Source of the DNA: an uncultured Syntrophaceae bacterium
GTDB lineage: Bacteria; Desulfobacterota; Desulfomonilia; Desulfomonilales; Desulfomonilaceae
Length of the DNA: 55,535 bases
Reading direction: 5' to 3'
NCBI GenBank assembly: GCA_964497585.1
Contig: CAZCDS010000010.1
Coordinates: 1-55,535 of the forward strand
A program made the position numbers and the translations under genes. Each line of letters begins with the position of its first letter. Position 1 is the first letter of the stretch. Of the stretch, positions 17,687 to 26,890 are shown one piece after another. The notes beneath the pieces are model-generated. The model was given only the letters and a program-made list of their open reading frames with translations. It had not been told where the DNA came from and ran no database searches.

Positions 17687-19672
17687 TTATTCCGACGAGC
17701 ACGGTTCGCTCATCTCGCTCCCTGCTGTCGGGGCTTCCATGCGACTTTGAATCGTCTTGAACTGATAGAGATGCGCCAGTTGGCTTTGAGTCAGTCTTAG
17801 ACCTCGTTCCCGAAGCAACTTTGCAGTTTCTGTATGGCCGTTATGGACTGCCACCATAAGTGCCAGCTTGCCGAGGTTATTCTTGCCGGTAATTCTCGCT
17901 CCCTTGTCCAGCATGAGCCGGACCAGCTCAGTATCACCTGACTCGGCCGCCACTTCGATAGGAATGGTAAGAGGTCGGGGCACCTCTAGTCTCCCTCCGG
18001 AATAGTGCGTGACCAGGGCTTCGTTGACATCCGCTCCGTGTTCTACCAAGAGCCGCATAACTTGCAGATGGTGGCCGTCGGCAGCCGCGATCAAAGGGGT
18101 ACCATCGTACCTTGTTCCCGCTCGAACGTCGGCGCCCCTTGTCAGGAGGAATTCGACCACCTTCGCGTGACCTTTCTTTGCAGCCTCCAGTAAAGCTGAG
18201 CCGTCGCCACGGTTCCGGGGATTGATTTCCGCACCACCGTCTACGAGGATCTTAACCATTTTCAGGTCACCGCGTCGCGCGGCCTCCTTGAACGGTGTGC
18301 GTCCAAAACGCATCTCCTCGTTGGGATCGGCCCCCCGTGCCAGCAACAGTCGAGCGATCCTGTGCCTTCCGTATTGGACGGCGACAAAGAGCAGTGAACC
18401 GGTACCGCAAAACCTTTGTGCACGGTCGAGATCGCCCTACTCCTCTAGACGCCGGCGAACCTCCGCAGCATCCCCCACTGCGACGGCCCCATCGAGAGTC
18501 AGTTTGGCCCCAGCGTCTATCAGCACGTCGACCACGTCACTGTAACCAGAAAGGACGGCGATGGAAAGTGCCGTGGCGCCTTTCCAGACCGCATTGACAT
18601 CCGCTCCTCGGTCCGTGAGGAGTCTGATCGCCTTAGGGTGACCTCGACTGGCTGCGTACATGAGTACCGTCTCACCGTCCCTATTCCTGGCATTAGGGTC
18701 TGCCCCGGCCTCCAGCAGTATCTTTACGACTTCCGGCCGATTACCTTCAGCCGCGATCATGAGCGCTGTCTGTTGCCCCCACGGGTCTAACGCATTGATC
18801 TCGGCTCCCTTGCCCAGGAGCAGTCGTACGACGGCAGGATTACCTGCCCAAGCGGCGGTCATGAGAGCGGTCCAGGTCCTATAACTGTACGTCGCCGCAT
18901 TGACGTCGAGCCCTCGATCCAGAAGGAGCTTGACGACTTTCAGCCGGCCGTGTCGAACGGCCTCGTTGAAGGCGCTTTGGGTGAACTCGGCATTTCCTTT
19001 GAGGTTCTTGACGCGATCGAGAAGCAGTTTCACCACCTTCACGTGGCCGTGGCCGGCTGCCAACCTCGTAGACACTCTGATACTGGGTATGAGATCCGGG
19101 GGCACAGGTGCGTTGCCACTTCGCTCTTGCGTCTCGCCGGTCGAACCGACGGCCAAGTCCTCACTGAGAAGTCGTCGTACGGTTGCTGCGTCTCCGAGCA
19201 ACGCGGCACTGCTGAGGGTCTGTTTCGCTCCGTGGGTCAGGAGAAGCTTCACGATCTCAGTGTGCCCCTCGCCCGCAGCCACGTCTACGGCGGTCCTTCC
19301 GCGAGCAGTCACTGCACGCAAGTCTGCACCGTGATTCAAAAGCAGCTCGGTTATTTCGAGGTTCCCACGCCGAGCCGCGATCATCAAGGCCGCTGTACGA
19401 TACTTGTCCGCCTCATCCGCGTCGGCGGCCTCGCATAGCAGCCGTTTGGTGAGCCTGAGGTTCCCTTCCCTGACAGCATCCAAAAGGGGATTCCTATGCC
19501 ACCAGGGACGTGAGGTTACGTCAACACCGTGTTCTCTGTAATGAGCCTCAGCCTCCCGCGCAGGATCGGTGTCTGCAAGAACGTTGAGGGTCGGGAAGCT
19601 CGGGGCAAAACATACCAGTCCACCGATGAACACCGTCGCGGCGAACATGACGACGCGATTGCCGTGCATCAT
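17687..19672 (-). pseudogene. Secreted ankyrin-repeat protein (~660 aa) interrupted by an in-frame TAG at 18437..18439.
   Basis: ORFs 18437..19783 and 17687..18346 are in the same frame. Translation across the gap reads ...VRRRLEE*GDLDRAQRFCGTGSLLFVAVQYGRHRIARLLLARGADPNEE..., a continuous ankyrin repeat. The downstream part has no ATG of its own. N-terminus MMHGNRVVMFAATVFIGGLVCFA is a signal peptide (start 19672, RBS GGAG). Confidence 0.6.
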
Positions 19673-19741
19673 TCTTGACTCCTCTGGCGAGGCGAGTTGT
19701 CTCAAGCATTTGTCACCCTTGGGGACATCACCTCCGGCGAA

Positions 19742-19945
19742 ACCATCGTTGATTTTGAATCCATATTTGCGGCCGACAATCACGCGGTGCGAACGTTCCC
19801 CAATGATTGCCTCTCTTGGACACGTCGGTCCCTTTCTGCCGATTGACGGCGGACCGACTCAAGAGCGGCCCTCCCTCACTAGGTACAACCGTCCCATGAG
19901 CTGTCAGGCTACAGAGATGGGTATGGTGTTCCCAGGAATCTTGAA
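19742..19945 (+). repeat. Interspersed structured repeat, copy D.
   Basis: ATCCATATTTGCGGCCGACAATCACGCGGTGCGAACGTTCCCCAATGATTGCCTCTCTTGGACACGTCGGTCCC...GCCGATTGACGGCGGACCGAC..., lying between two ankyrin genes. Confidence 0.85.
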
Positions 19946-20018
19946 CCAGCCAACGAACGGCGCCGAGCCATTCCGCGCGAATCCTCACCGGGCTTACTGA
20001 GAGGTTACCTTCTCCGCA

Positions 20019-23000
20019 CTATTCCGTGGCACCTCGGGACCTGAGGAACTGAGCGACTTTCTTCTGTCCCTCGCACCGTGCCATCCACAGGGCAGTCCTG
20101 CCATACCTGCCTCTGCCGTTGATATCCGCTCCGTTATCCAGAAGAAGCTTGACTACATTCAGGTGACCTCGTTCTGCCGCCGACTGCAAAGGCGTGTGGC
20201 CGAGTGAGCCAGCCCGCGCGTTGACATCGGCACCATCATTTATCAGCCGTTGGACCTGTTGCACATCCCCCATGAGAGCGGCGACATCCAGCGTCATCAC
20301 AGCGCCACGCTCCAGGAGTATTCTTGCTTTTTCCGGGCTGCCGTATCGGACGGCGTTCTCCAGGGGAGTGCGGCCGTCTTTTGCTGTAACGTTGACGTGA
20401 GCCCCTTTATCCAGGAGCAGTTTCATGATGTCCACCTTGCCGGGCCTTGCCGCCGCAGCCATCAGGGGTGTATTTCCGAGGCCAGACCTGACATTGACAT
20501 CGGCGCCCTTGTCAAGGAGCAACTTCACCATTTCTAAGTCACTGCGTCCCCCGGCATACCAGGACAAGACGCTCCGGCCTCGTATGGTCCTCGTCCGGAT
20601 GTCAGCACCTCTGGCGATGAGCATTCTTGCTGCTTCGTGATGGGCGTACATGACTGCATCTTGAAGGGCAGTCGCGCCTTTATTGTCCACTATGTTCATA
20701 TCCGCGCCTCTCTTCACCAGCAAACTTACCAGGTCCAAGTTTCTGCCGAATCGGGCCGCGGCCATCAAGGCAGTCCTTCCCTTCTTGTCCGTAGCGTTTA
20801 CGTTTGCTCCGTTGTCAAGGAGAAATTTCACGTCTTGAAGAATGTGCTGCTTGGGAGAAGAGCCCTTTGCCCTGGTTCTGTATCTCGTGGCTCCGTTTAC
20901 GACAGCGACGAGTGGTGTGCGGCCATGTCGGTCCCTTGCGTTGATATCGGCCCCCTTGTCGAGCAGCAGCTTAGCTACCCACTCCTGGCCCGTGGCCAGT
21001 GCTTCTATTAGCAGCGGGTCACCATTGGGGCATCGTGCGTTGACGTTTGCTCCCTTTTCGATAAGCAGTTTCACCACTTCCGGACTCACGTTTCCATCAG
21101 GCAGGGAAGGCTCAATAGCGAAGTACAGAGGTGCTCCCCCGTGCATCCCCGCCATGTTCACATCAGCACCTCCTTCTATCAGCGCCTTGACCATCGCCAA
21201 CCTCCGTCCCATGCAAGCATCAGTTAGAGGCGTATGCCTGTCATGGCAGGACGATACGTTGACGCGAGCACCCTTTTGGGTGAGAAGCCTTACCATATCC
21301 AGATTGCCCTTCAGCGCGGCTATGGCCAGAGCTGTTTCTCCCCGGTTGTCTTTCGCGTTCACGTCGGCTTTGTATTGCAAGAGCAGTTTGACCAACCCCA
21401 TGTGGTTGCCTGATGCAGCGTGCACCAGTGCAGTTTGACCACGGGCATCCCGTGCGTTTACGTCGGCCCCTTGCTTGAGAACGACCTCCAGCCCTTTCTC
21501 GTCTTTCATAGCGGCCAGATGGCTCACGTTGAGCGTGACGCCACGGTCTTTCAGTAGTTTCACGACATTCGAGTGCCCATGCTCCATCGCTCTCAGGAGC
21601 GCGGTCATCCGGGACTGGTCCTGCTTTTTCGAGGAGTCCGCTCTGTCCAGCAATAGCTTCACCATGTCGGTTCGGCCATTCGCGGCTGCCAGGACTATTG
21701 GGCTGTCACCTCCTCGGTTCCCTCCCTTAGGAGGAACACCACTATCCAGAAGATACTTCACTACGTCGATGTGTCCCGCTGCAGTTGCCTGGAATAGTGC
21801 CTGCCCTCCCTGTCCGTTCTCTCCGGTAAGACGAGCCCCTTTCTTCACCAGCAGCTTCACCATTTCCAGATCGCCTTTCCCAGCTACCACGGTGAGTGCA
21901 GTGTAGCAGCTCTGGATTCTGGTTCCTCCCTCGCACGCCCAGTGGTTTACGTCCGCTCCATTATCGATAAGCAGCTTCATGACCTCCCGGTGGCCACCCA
22001 TGGCAGCGAGAACCAACGGATTGCCCACCATGGATGCGGGACCTTTGTTGACGTCAGCCTCATGCTCCAACAACAGTCGCACCATCTCGATGTGCCCACG
22101 CTGGGAGGCTTCTGCCAGTGGAGTCAACACGAACATCGCGTCAACGTTAGCCCCTCTGGCCAGCAGAAGCTCTGCAACTGCCTTGTAACCTCCTTGGGCA
22201 GCTACCATTAGCGGAGTTTGTCGGTCCATGAAGAGAGTAGTAGGACCCGGCCCTGCCCCTGCGTTCACACCCACTCCATTATCCAGGAGCGACCTTACCA
22301 CTTCCAAGTGCCCTTTTCCGGCAGCGGCCAAGAGGGCTTCGTTGCCACCGAGTCTACGGACCCTTTGAGCCTTATCATCCTTCATTTTGGCCAGTTGCCG
22401 CTTCACTTCCTCAACATCCCCCAGGACGGAAGCTACCTTGAGGGTCATTGGGACGCCCCGAGCCAGGAGCAGCTTGACTATATCGAGATGCCCTTTATCG
22501 GCAGCCGCCCACAATGCTTTCCTACCGCTGTCCCCTGTCGAGATGACATCAGGGCGCCTGTCCAGGATCAGTTTGACGATTGCTGAGTGCCCTGTCCGAG
22601 CGGCATCAGCAAGGGCGTCCGTGCTTGGTACACGCCCGGGGTTTGCATCGATCTCAGCCCCTCTTTCCAGGAGCAGATTCGCAATTTCCAGATGTCCCTT
22701 CAGTGCAGCATTAACCAATGGGGTGGCGTATTCTTTGTCTGAGTTGACATTCGCGCCTCGGTCCAGGAGAAGCTTCACCACTTCCAAGTGTCCGTGCAAA
22801 GCTGCCTCCCACAAGGCCGACCTCCCGCGGCCTCGTGCGTTGACGTCAGCCCCCCTGTCCAACAGGAGTTTCACAACTTCCAGGTGCCCGTTTCGAGCAC
22901 TAAGAGGCAGAGCCGCAAGGAAACTCTCGGCCGTAGGGTTCACATCGCTTCCCTTGGCAAGGAGGAGCTTCACCACCGCCATGTGTCCTCCTGCAGCGGC

Positions 23001-23219
23001 AGCAGCGAGCGGAGTGCGGCCGTTAGGGTATCGGGCATTGATATCAGATCCTCTGCTCAAGAGCCGCACAACCTCCTCCAAATGGCCTTTCGCGGCGGCT
23101 TTGATCAAGGCCCGGTCCTGGTCCGGCATCCGGTTAGACTGCCCAAGCGCCACCAGAGGCAACAGCAACGCGAAAGTCACCACCACTACCACACCGATAT
23201 GAAAGCGATTCAGGGACAC
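20019..23219 (-). CDS. Giant secreted ankyrin-repeat protein (~1066 aa, ~28 ankyrin repeats).
   Basis: Start re-assigned to GTG 23219 (GGAGG-N6-GTG), giving signal peptide VSLNRFHIGVVVVVTFALLLPLVALGQS. The 85 codons upstream in the ORF track are a read-through of the 23-nt tandem repeats (MVYPDSTGMVYPDST). The body is uninterrupted G-TPL-AA--GH---V--LL--GADVN repeats. Confidence 0.8.
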   Translation of the reverse strand: MSLNRFHIGVVVVVTFALLLPLVALGQSNRMPDQDRALIKAAAKGHLEEVVRLLSRGSDINARYPNGRTPLAAAAAGGHMAVVKLLLAKGSDVNPTAESFLAALPLSARNGHLEVVKLLLDRGADVNARGRGRSALWEAALHGHLEVVKLLLDRGANVNSDKEYATPLVNAALKGHLEIANLLLERGAEIDANPGRVPSTDALADAARTGHSAIVKLILDRRPDVISTGDSGRKALWAAADKGHLDIVKLLLARGVPMTLKVASVLGDVEEVKRQLAKMKDDKAQRVRRLGGNEALLAAAGKGHLEVVRSLLDNGVGVNAGAGPGPTTLFMDRQTPLMVAAQGGYKAVAELLLARGANVDAMFVLTPLAEASQRGHIEMVRLLLEHEADVNKGPASMVGNPLVLAAMGGHREVMKLLIDNGADVNHWACEGGTRIQSCYTALTVVAGKGDLEMVKLLVKKGARLTGENGQGGQALFQATAAGHIDVVKYLLDSGVPPKGGNRGGDSPIVLAAANGRTDMVKLLLDRADSSKKQDQSRMTALLRAMEHGHSNVVKLLKDRGVTLNVSHLAAMKDEKGLEVVLKQGADVNARDARGQTALVHAASGNHMGLVKLLLQYKADVNAKDNRGETALAIAALKGNLDMVRLLTQKGARVNVSSCHDRHTPLTDACMGRRLAMVKALIEGGADVNMAGMHGGAPLYFAIEPSLPDGNVSPEVVKLLIEKGANVNARCPNGDPLLIEALATGQEWVAKLLLDKGADINARDRHGRTPLVAVVNGATRYRTRAKGSSPKQHILQDVKFLLDNGANVNATDKKGRTALMAAARFGRNLDLVSLLVKRGADMNIVDNKGATALQDAVMYAHHEAARMLIARGADIRTRTIRGRSVLSWYAGGRSDLEMVKLLLDKGADVNVRSGLGNTPLMAAAARPGKVDIMKLLLDKGAHVNVTAKDGRTPLENAVRYGSPEKARILLERGAVMTLDVAALMGDVQQVQRLINDGADVNARAGSLGHTPLQSAAERGHLNVVKLLLDNGADINGRGRYGRTALWMARCEGQKKVAQFLRSRGATE

Positions 23220-23320
23220 AACCTGCCTCCTACTCCCAACGGATCGGTTGCCTGTTCGCGCTGACACTACCTGATGCACCAAAGTCTTCGCGTACGGAAT
23301 GCGCGTTCCCGAGTCAAGCC

Positions 23321-23412
23321 CGTGGAATGCGGGTACACCAATCCTAACTCCGTGTCCATATTTGCGGTTGACAATCACCTGGTCCGAGCGTCCCCCAATG
23401 ATTGGCCCTCTT
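23321..23412 (+). repeat. Interspersed structured repeat, copy E (5' half only).
   Basis: GTGGAATGCGGGTACACCAATCCTAACTCCGTGTCCATATTTGCGGTTGACAATCACCTGGTCCGAGCGTCCCCCAATGATTGG, then interrupted by copy F. Confidence 0.8.
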
Positions 23413-23655
23413 GTGGAATCTGGGTACACCATACCTGTGGAATCTGGGTACACCATACCTAATTCCGTGTGCATATTTCCTCTCGAGAATTACCGAGTCC
23501 GAACGTTCCTCCATGATTGCCCCTCTTGCCCACGTCGGTCCCCTGCCGCCGATTGACGGCGGACCGACGCAAGGGCGGCCCGTCTTGCACGGGCTGGCAC
23601 GCATCGTATGAGCCGTCAACGGCAGAGATAAGTATGGTCTCTCCCGAGGTTTCGA
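23413..23655 (+). repeat. Interspersed structured repeat, copy F (full length, with two perfect 23-nt 5' units).
   Basis: TGGAATCTGGGTACACCATACCTG x2, then core TGTGCATATTTCC..., the perfect hairpin GTCGGTCCCCTGCCGCCGATTGACGGCGGACCGAC, and tail AAGGGCGGCCCGTCTTGCACGGGCTGGCACGCATCGTATGAGCCGTCAACGGCAGAGATAAGTATGGTCTCTCCC. Confidence 0.85.
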
Positions 23656-23690
23656 ACTCTCATCTTCTCTGCGTGCAACCAGTGCAAAGG

Positions 23691-24092
23691 TCATTGCCCC
23701 ACATCCGTCCCTGACAATAAGCTCTGTACATGATCTATGAATGCCTGGACCTGAGCCGCTACGGAAGTACGATTCAAACTCTCTTCGTGAACGGGGTAAT
23801 CATATCGAAGTTGGACTGCGAAGTCCGTCAGGTCGACAAGGGACTCGAACCTCGTGCAGTCTTCCTGAGCTTGACTCTCCAGGAGACTCATCAGGAGCCT
23901 AAGGTCATGGGTCCTGGAATAACCGATGCGTCGAAGACTCAACCATGACTTCAGACCTTTTTCCACCGCTTGCTGGGCATGAAAACCGAAGATGGAATCC
24001 TCGAATAGCTCTCGATCGAGCATATTCCGGATCGCCTTCAGGTCCACCTTGGCGAGATTGAGCATCCTTTCCGCATCTTCACGGTCTATCAT
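23691..24092 (-). CDS. HEPN-domain protein (toxin component of a HEPN-MNT pair).
   Basis: 133 aa, all-helical, with an R-x(4-6)-H-like motif (RRIGYSRTHDL). 14-bp overlap with the upstream MNT gene. Confidence 0.65.
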   Translation of the reverse strand: MIDREDAERMLNLAKVDLKAIRNMLDRELFEDSIFGFHAQQAVEKGLKSWLSLRRIGYSRTHDLRLLMSLLESQAQEDCTRFESLVDLTDFAVQLRYDYPVHEESLNRTSVAAQVQAFIDHVQSLLSGTDVGQ

Positions 24093-24423
24093 AGAGGACC
24101 CTGCCTTCTTTCATGGAGCGGGCGATGACATGATTCGTGGAGTCCTTCCATTTCTCGATCTCCTCCGGCGTGAAGAGCAGTATGTCTATTGCCACGGGAA
24201 CCCCCCAGAGCGCTCGACGTATCCTGCTCGCCTCGGCCCACCGGGAGCCTCTATGAAACGAAGATTCCTTCTCTACGACGAGAAGATCCACGTCTGAATC
24301 CGGTCCTAACTCTCCCCGGACGGCAGATCCGAACAGAGTGATCCGCTCCGGTTCGGCGATCTCCAGCACCGCTTTCACAATGTCCTGAATTATCGACTCA
24401 ATGTCCCGGTTGATCTCGGTCAT
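24079..24423 (-). CDS. Minimal nucleotidyltransferase (MNT) antitoxin-like protein.
   Basis: 114 aa with GSAVRGELGPDSDVDLLV (G-S-x9-13-D-x-D nucleotidyltransferase motif). Confidence 0.7.
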   Translation of the reverse strand: MTEINRDIESIIQDIVKAVLEIAEPERITLFGSAVRGELGPDSDVDLLVVEKESSFHRGSRWAEASRIRRALWGVPVAIDILLFTPEEIEKWKDSTNHVIARSMKEGRVLYDRP

Positions 24424-24751
24424 GCCCCAACCTTTTCGAGGAGTTTTTCAAGATCCGTCCCGATCTCATGGGCGACTGTCAGAACTTCCTTGATGAGCTG
24501 AACCGTGCTCTTATTGGGAGCTTGTCCTGGTATCCAGGATTTGTATCGCCCGGCGCAATCATTTCATCACTGTCCGCGCTCCTTTGTCAACTCCCGGAGA
24601 TGCCGGACGCGTTGGACTCTCGCGGGACTTGTTATAATATGAGTATCCACGAGGAATTCAGGCCCGCTTTTTCCGCTCGCGTCGGATTCCTCACGGAATC
24701 GGTTCCTTAGGGGATCGCTTCGGATCGATCCGCTGTTACGGGATAGGCAAC

Positions 24752-25987
24752 GTGACGCGACGCATCTACATGGACAACGCAGCAACAAGCTTTCCCAAGC
24801 CGCCTCAGGTGACCGAGGCCATGGTCCATTTCATGCTGGAGGTCGGTGCGAACCCGGGACGATCCCGCCACGATCAGTCCAGGGAAGCCGCCAAAATGGT
24901 GAAAGAGACGAGGGAAGCCCTTGCAACGCTGTTCAATGTTCCCGAACCGAACCGCATCGTGTTCACGCTCAACGCCACGGAATCGCTCAACACGGTTATC
25001 TACGGGACCCTGGAGCCAGGAGACCACGTGATCATAACCCAGATGGAACACAATTCCGTGATCCGGCCGGTCAGGCACCTGGAGAGCACAGGGACGATCA
25101 CCGTTTCCGTCTCGCCCTGCGACAGGATGGGCGTCTGCGACGTCGATGCTATCAAAGGGCTGATCCGGGACAATACCAGGCTGGTCGCGGTCAACCATGC
25201 CTCGAACGTCTGCGGTACGATCCAGGACATCCGGGCCGTGCGGGAAGCCGTCGGGGACGTGCCGTTGCTCGTGGACGTAGCCCAGACCGCGGGCGCGGTT
25301 CCGATCGACGCGCAGGAGATGGGAATCGATTTCCTTGCGTTCACCGGTCACAAGGCGTTGTACGGCCCGCAGGGCACGGGTGGGCTCTACGTCCGGGAAG
25401 GGCTCCCCATCAAACCCCTCAAACGAGGAGGCACAGGGAGCGTGTCCGACAATGAACACCAGCCGGATTTCTTCCCCGATTACCTGGAGAGCGGAACTAT
25501 GAACAACGTTGGAATCGCGGGACTGCAGGCCGGGGTCAATTTTGTCCTTGATACCGGCGTGGAGAATATCCGACAACACGACGGAAAACTCCTTGCGGCA
25601 TTCGTGGACGGTCTGATGGGCGTGCCAGGATTGACGCTCTATGGGCCGCTCAAGCCGGAAAAGCAGACGGCCATCCTCTCCATGACCTTCGACGAGGCAC
25701 TTCCTGAGGGTCTGCACCATACCATCGGCGGATGCGGCGGCCGAGCCATCCCTGCCGCCTTCGAGTCGATCCATCCACAGGAAGCCGGATCGATCCTCAA
25801 GGAAGAGCACGAAATTTCCGTCAGAGTAGGACTCCACTGCGCTCCCCTCGCGCACCGCGCGCTCGGCTCGTACCCAGACGGCACCGTCAGGTTCAGCCTC
25901 GGGTACTTCAATACGCTCGAGGAAGTGCGGATCGCGGTCAGCGCAGTCAAGAGACTTGCCGAGAAGGTGGATTACCTGGATGATTGA
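24752..25987 (+). CDS. Class-V aminotransferase-fold PLP enzyme (cysteine desulfurase NifS/SufS-like family).
   Basis: 411 aa. MDNAATSFPKP N-terminus, PLP-lysine motif FLAFTGHKALYGPQGTGGLYV, and C-terminal RVGLHCAP characteristic of cysteine desulfurases. Confidence 0.75.
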   Translation: MTRRIYMDNAATSFPKPPQVTEAMVHFMLEVGANPGRSRHDQSREAAKMVKETREALATLFNVPEPNRIVFTLNATESLNTVIYGTLEPGDHVIITQMEHNSVIRPVRHLESTGTITVSVSPCDRMGVCDVDAIKGLIRDNTRLVAVNHASNVCGTIQDIRAVREAVGDVPLLVDVAQTAGAVPIDAQEMGIDFLAFTGHKALYGPQGTGGLYVREGLPIKPLKRGGTGSVSDNEHQPDFFPDYLESGTMNNVGIAGLQAGVNFVLDTGVENIRQHDGKLLAAFVDGLMGVPGLTLYGPLKPEKQTAILSMTFDEALPEGLHHTIGGCGGRAIPAAFESIHPQEAGSILKEEHEISVRVGLHCAPLAHRALGSYPDGTVRFSLGYFNTLEEVRIAVSAVKRLAEKVDYLDD

Positions 25988-26117
25988 TAAGACTTGCGCG
26001 TTTGCGAGGACAATCTCTGTCGGGATTGCTCGGATCGGTTCACTGTCCAGCGGCAAAATGATATCATCATCAACCGATTCGTTTTGGAGAGAAGCGATGC
26101 GGTGAGGATGTGAGCCC

Positions 26118-26459
26118 TTGAGATCAAGACTCCTCGAAGAGTTGAGTGCCAAGCTTAGCCCGGTTTTTCGCAAATACGGGGTGCTTCGCGCGATAGCTTT
26201 CGGCTCTCTCGCCCGTGGCGACGAATCGAAGAAGAGCGATCTGGACCTCATTATCATCCAGGATTCTGACAAGCGCTTCCTCGATCGGTACGAGGGTATC
26301 CTGCATGACGTGACCGCGACCGTACGCGGACGGGACGTGGATCTGCTTATCTACACTCCGGATGAGTTGGAACGGATGTCCGAGCGCCGCTTCATCAAGA
26401 CCGCCCTGAACGAAGGGATCGTCCTTTATGAGCAGGACCGACAACAGACACCAAGCTGA
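26118..26459 (+). CDS. Minimal nucleotidyltransferase (MNT) antitoxin-like protein, second pair.
   Basis: 113 aa, FGSLARGDESKKSDLDLII motif. Confidence 0.7.
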   Translation: MRSRLLEELSAKLSPVFRKYGVLRAIAFGSLARGDESKKSDLDLIIIQDSDKRFLDRYEGILHDVTATVRGRDVDLLIYTPDELERMSERRFIKTALNEGIVLYEQDRQQTPS

Positions 26460-26844
26460 GCGATGGCTCCTCACCGCGCGCGAGGATCTCGCTGCCGCGG
26501 AAGCACTTCTCGGCGCCGGCATGTACCCCCAAGCCTGTTTCTACTCACAGCAAGCTGCTGAGAAGGCCGTGAAATCCCTGTGGTACATGATCGACTCGGA
26601 CCCGTGGGGTCATTCCGTCCAGCGCCTCATCACCGATTTCCCGGAAAGGGATACCATTCCCGATCCAAATACCTGGGCGCAAAAAGGCGCGCTTCTCGAC
26701 CAGTTCTACATTCCCACCCGATACCCTAACGGACTCCCGGATCTGACTCCCGGCCAAACCTATAAGAAGGAAGACGCCCTCCGAGGCATCGAAGCGGCAC
26801 GAATGCTGCTGGAAGGCTGTGGGAAATGGCTTGAGTCCCGGTAG
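26428..26844 (+). CDS. HEPN-domain protein, second pair.
   Basis: 138 aa helical protein overlapping the MNT gene by 32 bp. Classic MNT-HEPN operon order. Confidence 0.6.
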   Translation: MSRTDNRHQAERWLLTAREDLAAAEALLGAGMYPQACFYSQQAAEKAVKSLWYMIDSDPWGHSVQRLITDFPERDTIPDPNTWAQKGALLDQFYIPTRYPNGLPDLTPGQTYKKEDALRGIEAARMLLEGCGKWLESR

Positions 26845-26890
26845 GAGAAGCCAAGCCTTGAAACGTTTCTCGGGTCTTCGAAGATCCACA

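Noticed and set aside
23413-23460. Possible CRISPR array from the 23-nt direct repeats GTGGAATCTGGGTACACCATACCT.
   Set aside because: The units are directly adjacent with no spacers, only 1-3 units per locus, always as the 5' end of the larger repeat element, and no cas genes are present.
23220-23474. N-terminal 85-codon extension of the giant ankyrin ORF (MHTELGMVYPDSTGMVYPDST...).
   Set aside because: It is a read-through of the 23-nt tandem repeat units of element E/F (repeated peptide = repeated DNA). A GTG with GGAGG spacing at 23219 gives a clean signal peptide instead.
23630-23660. tRNA-like T-arm hit (GGTTTCGAACTC) and a general tRNA/rRNA/tmRNA/RNase P/SRP scan of intergenic regions.
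   Set aside because: No canonical GGTTCGAATCC-type T-loop with a matching acceptor stem or CCA context, and no conserved rRNA blocks. I could not support any standard RNA gene by eye.
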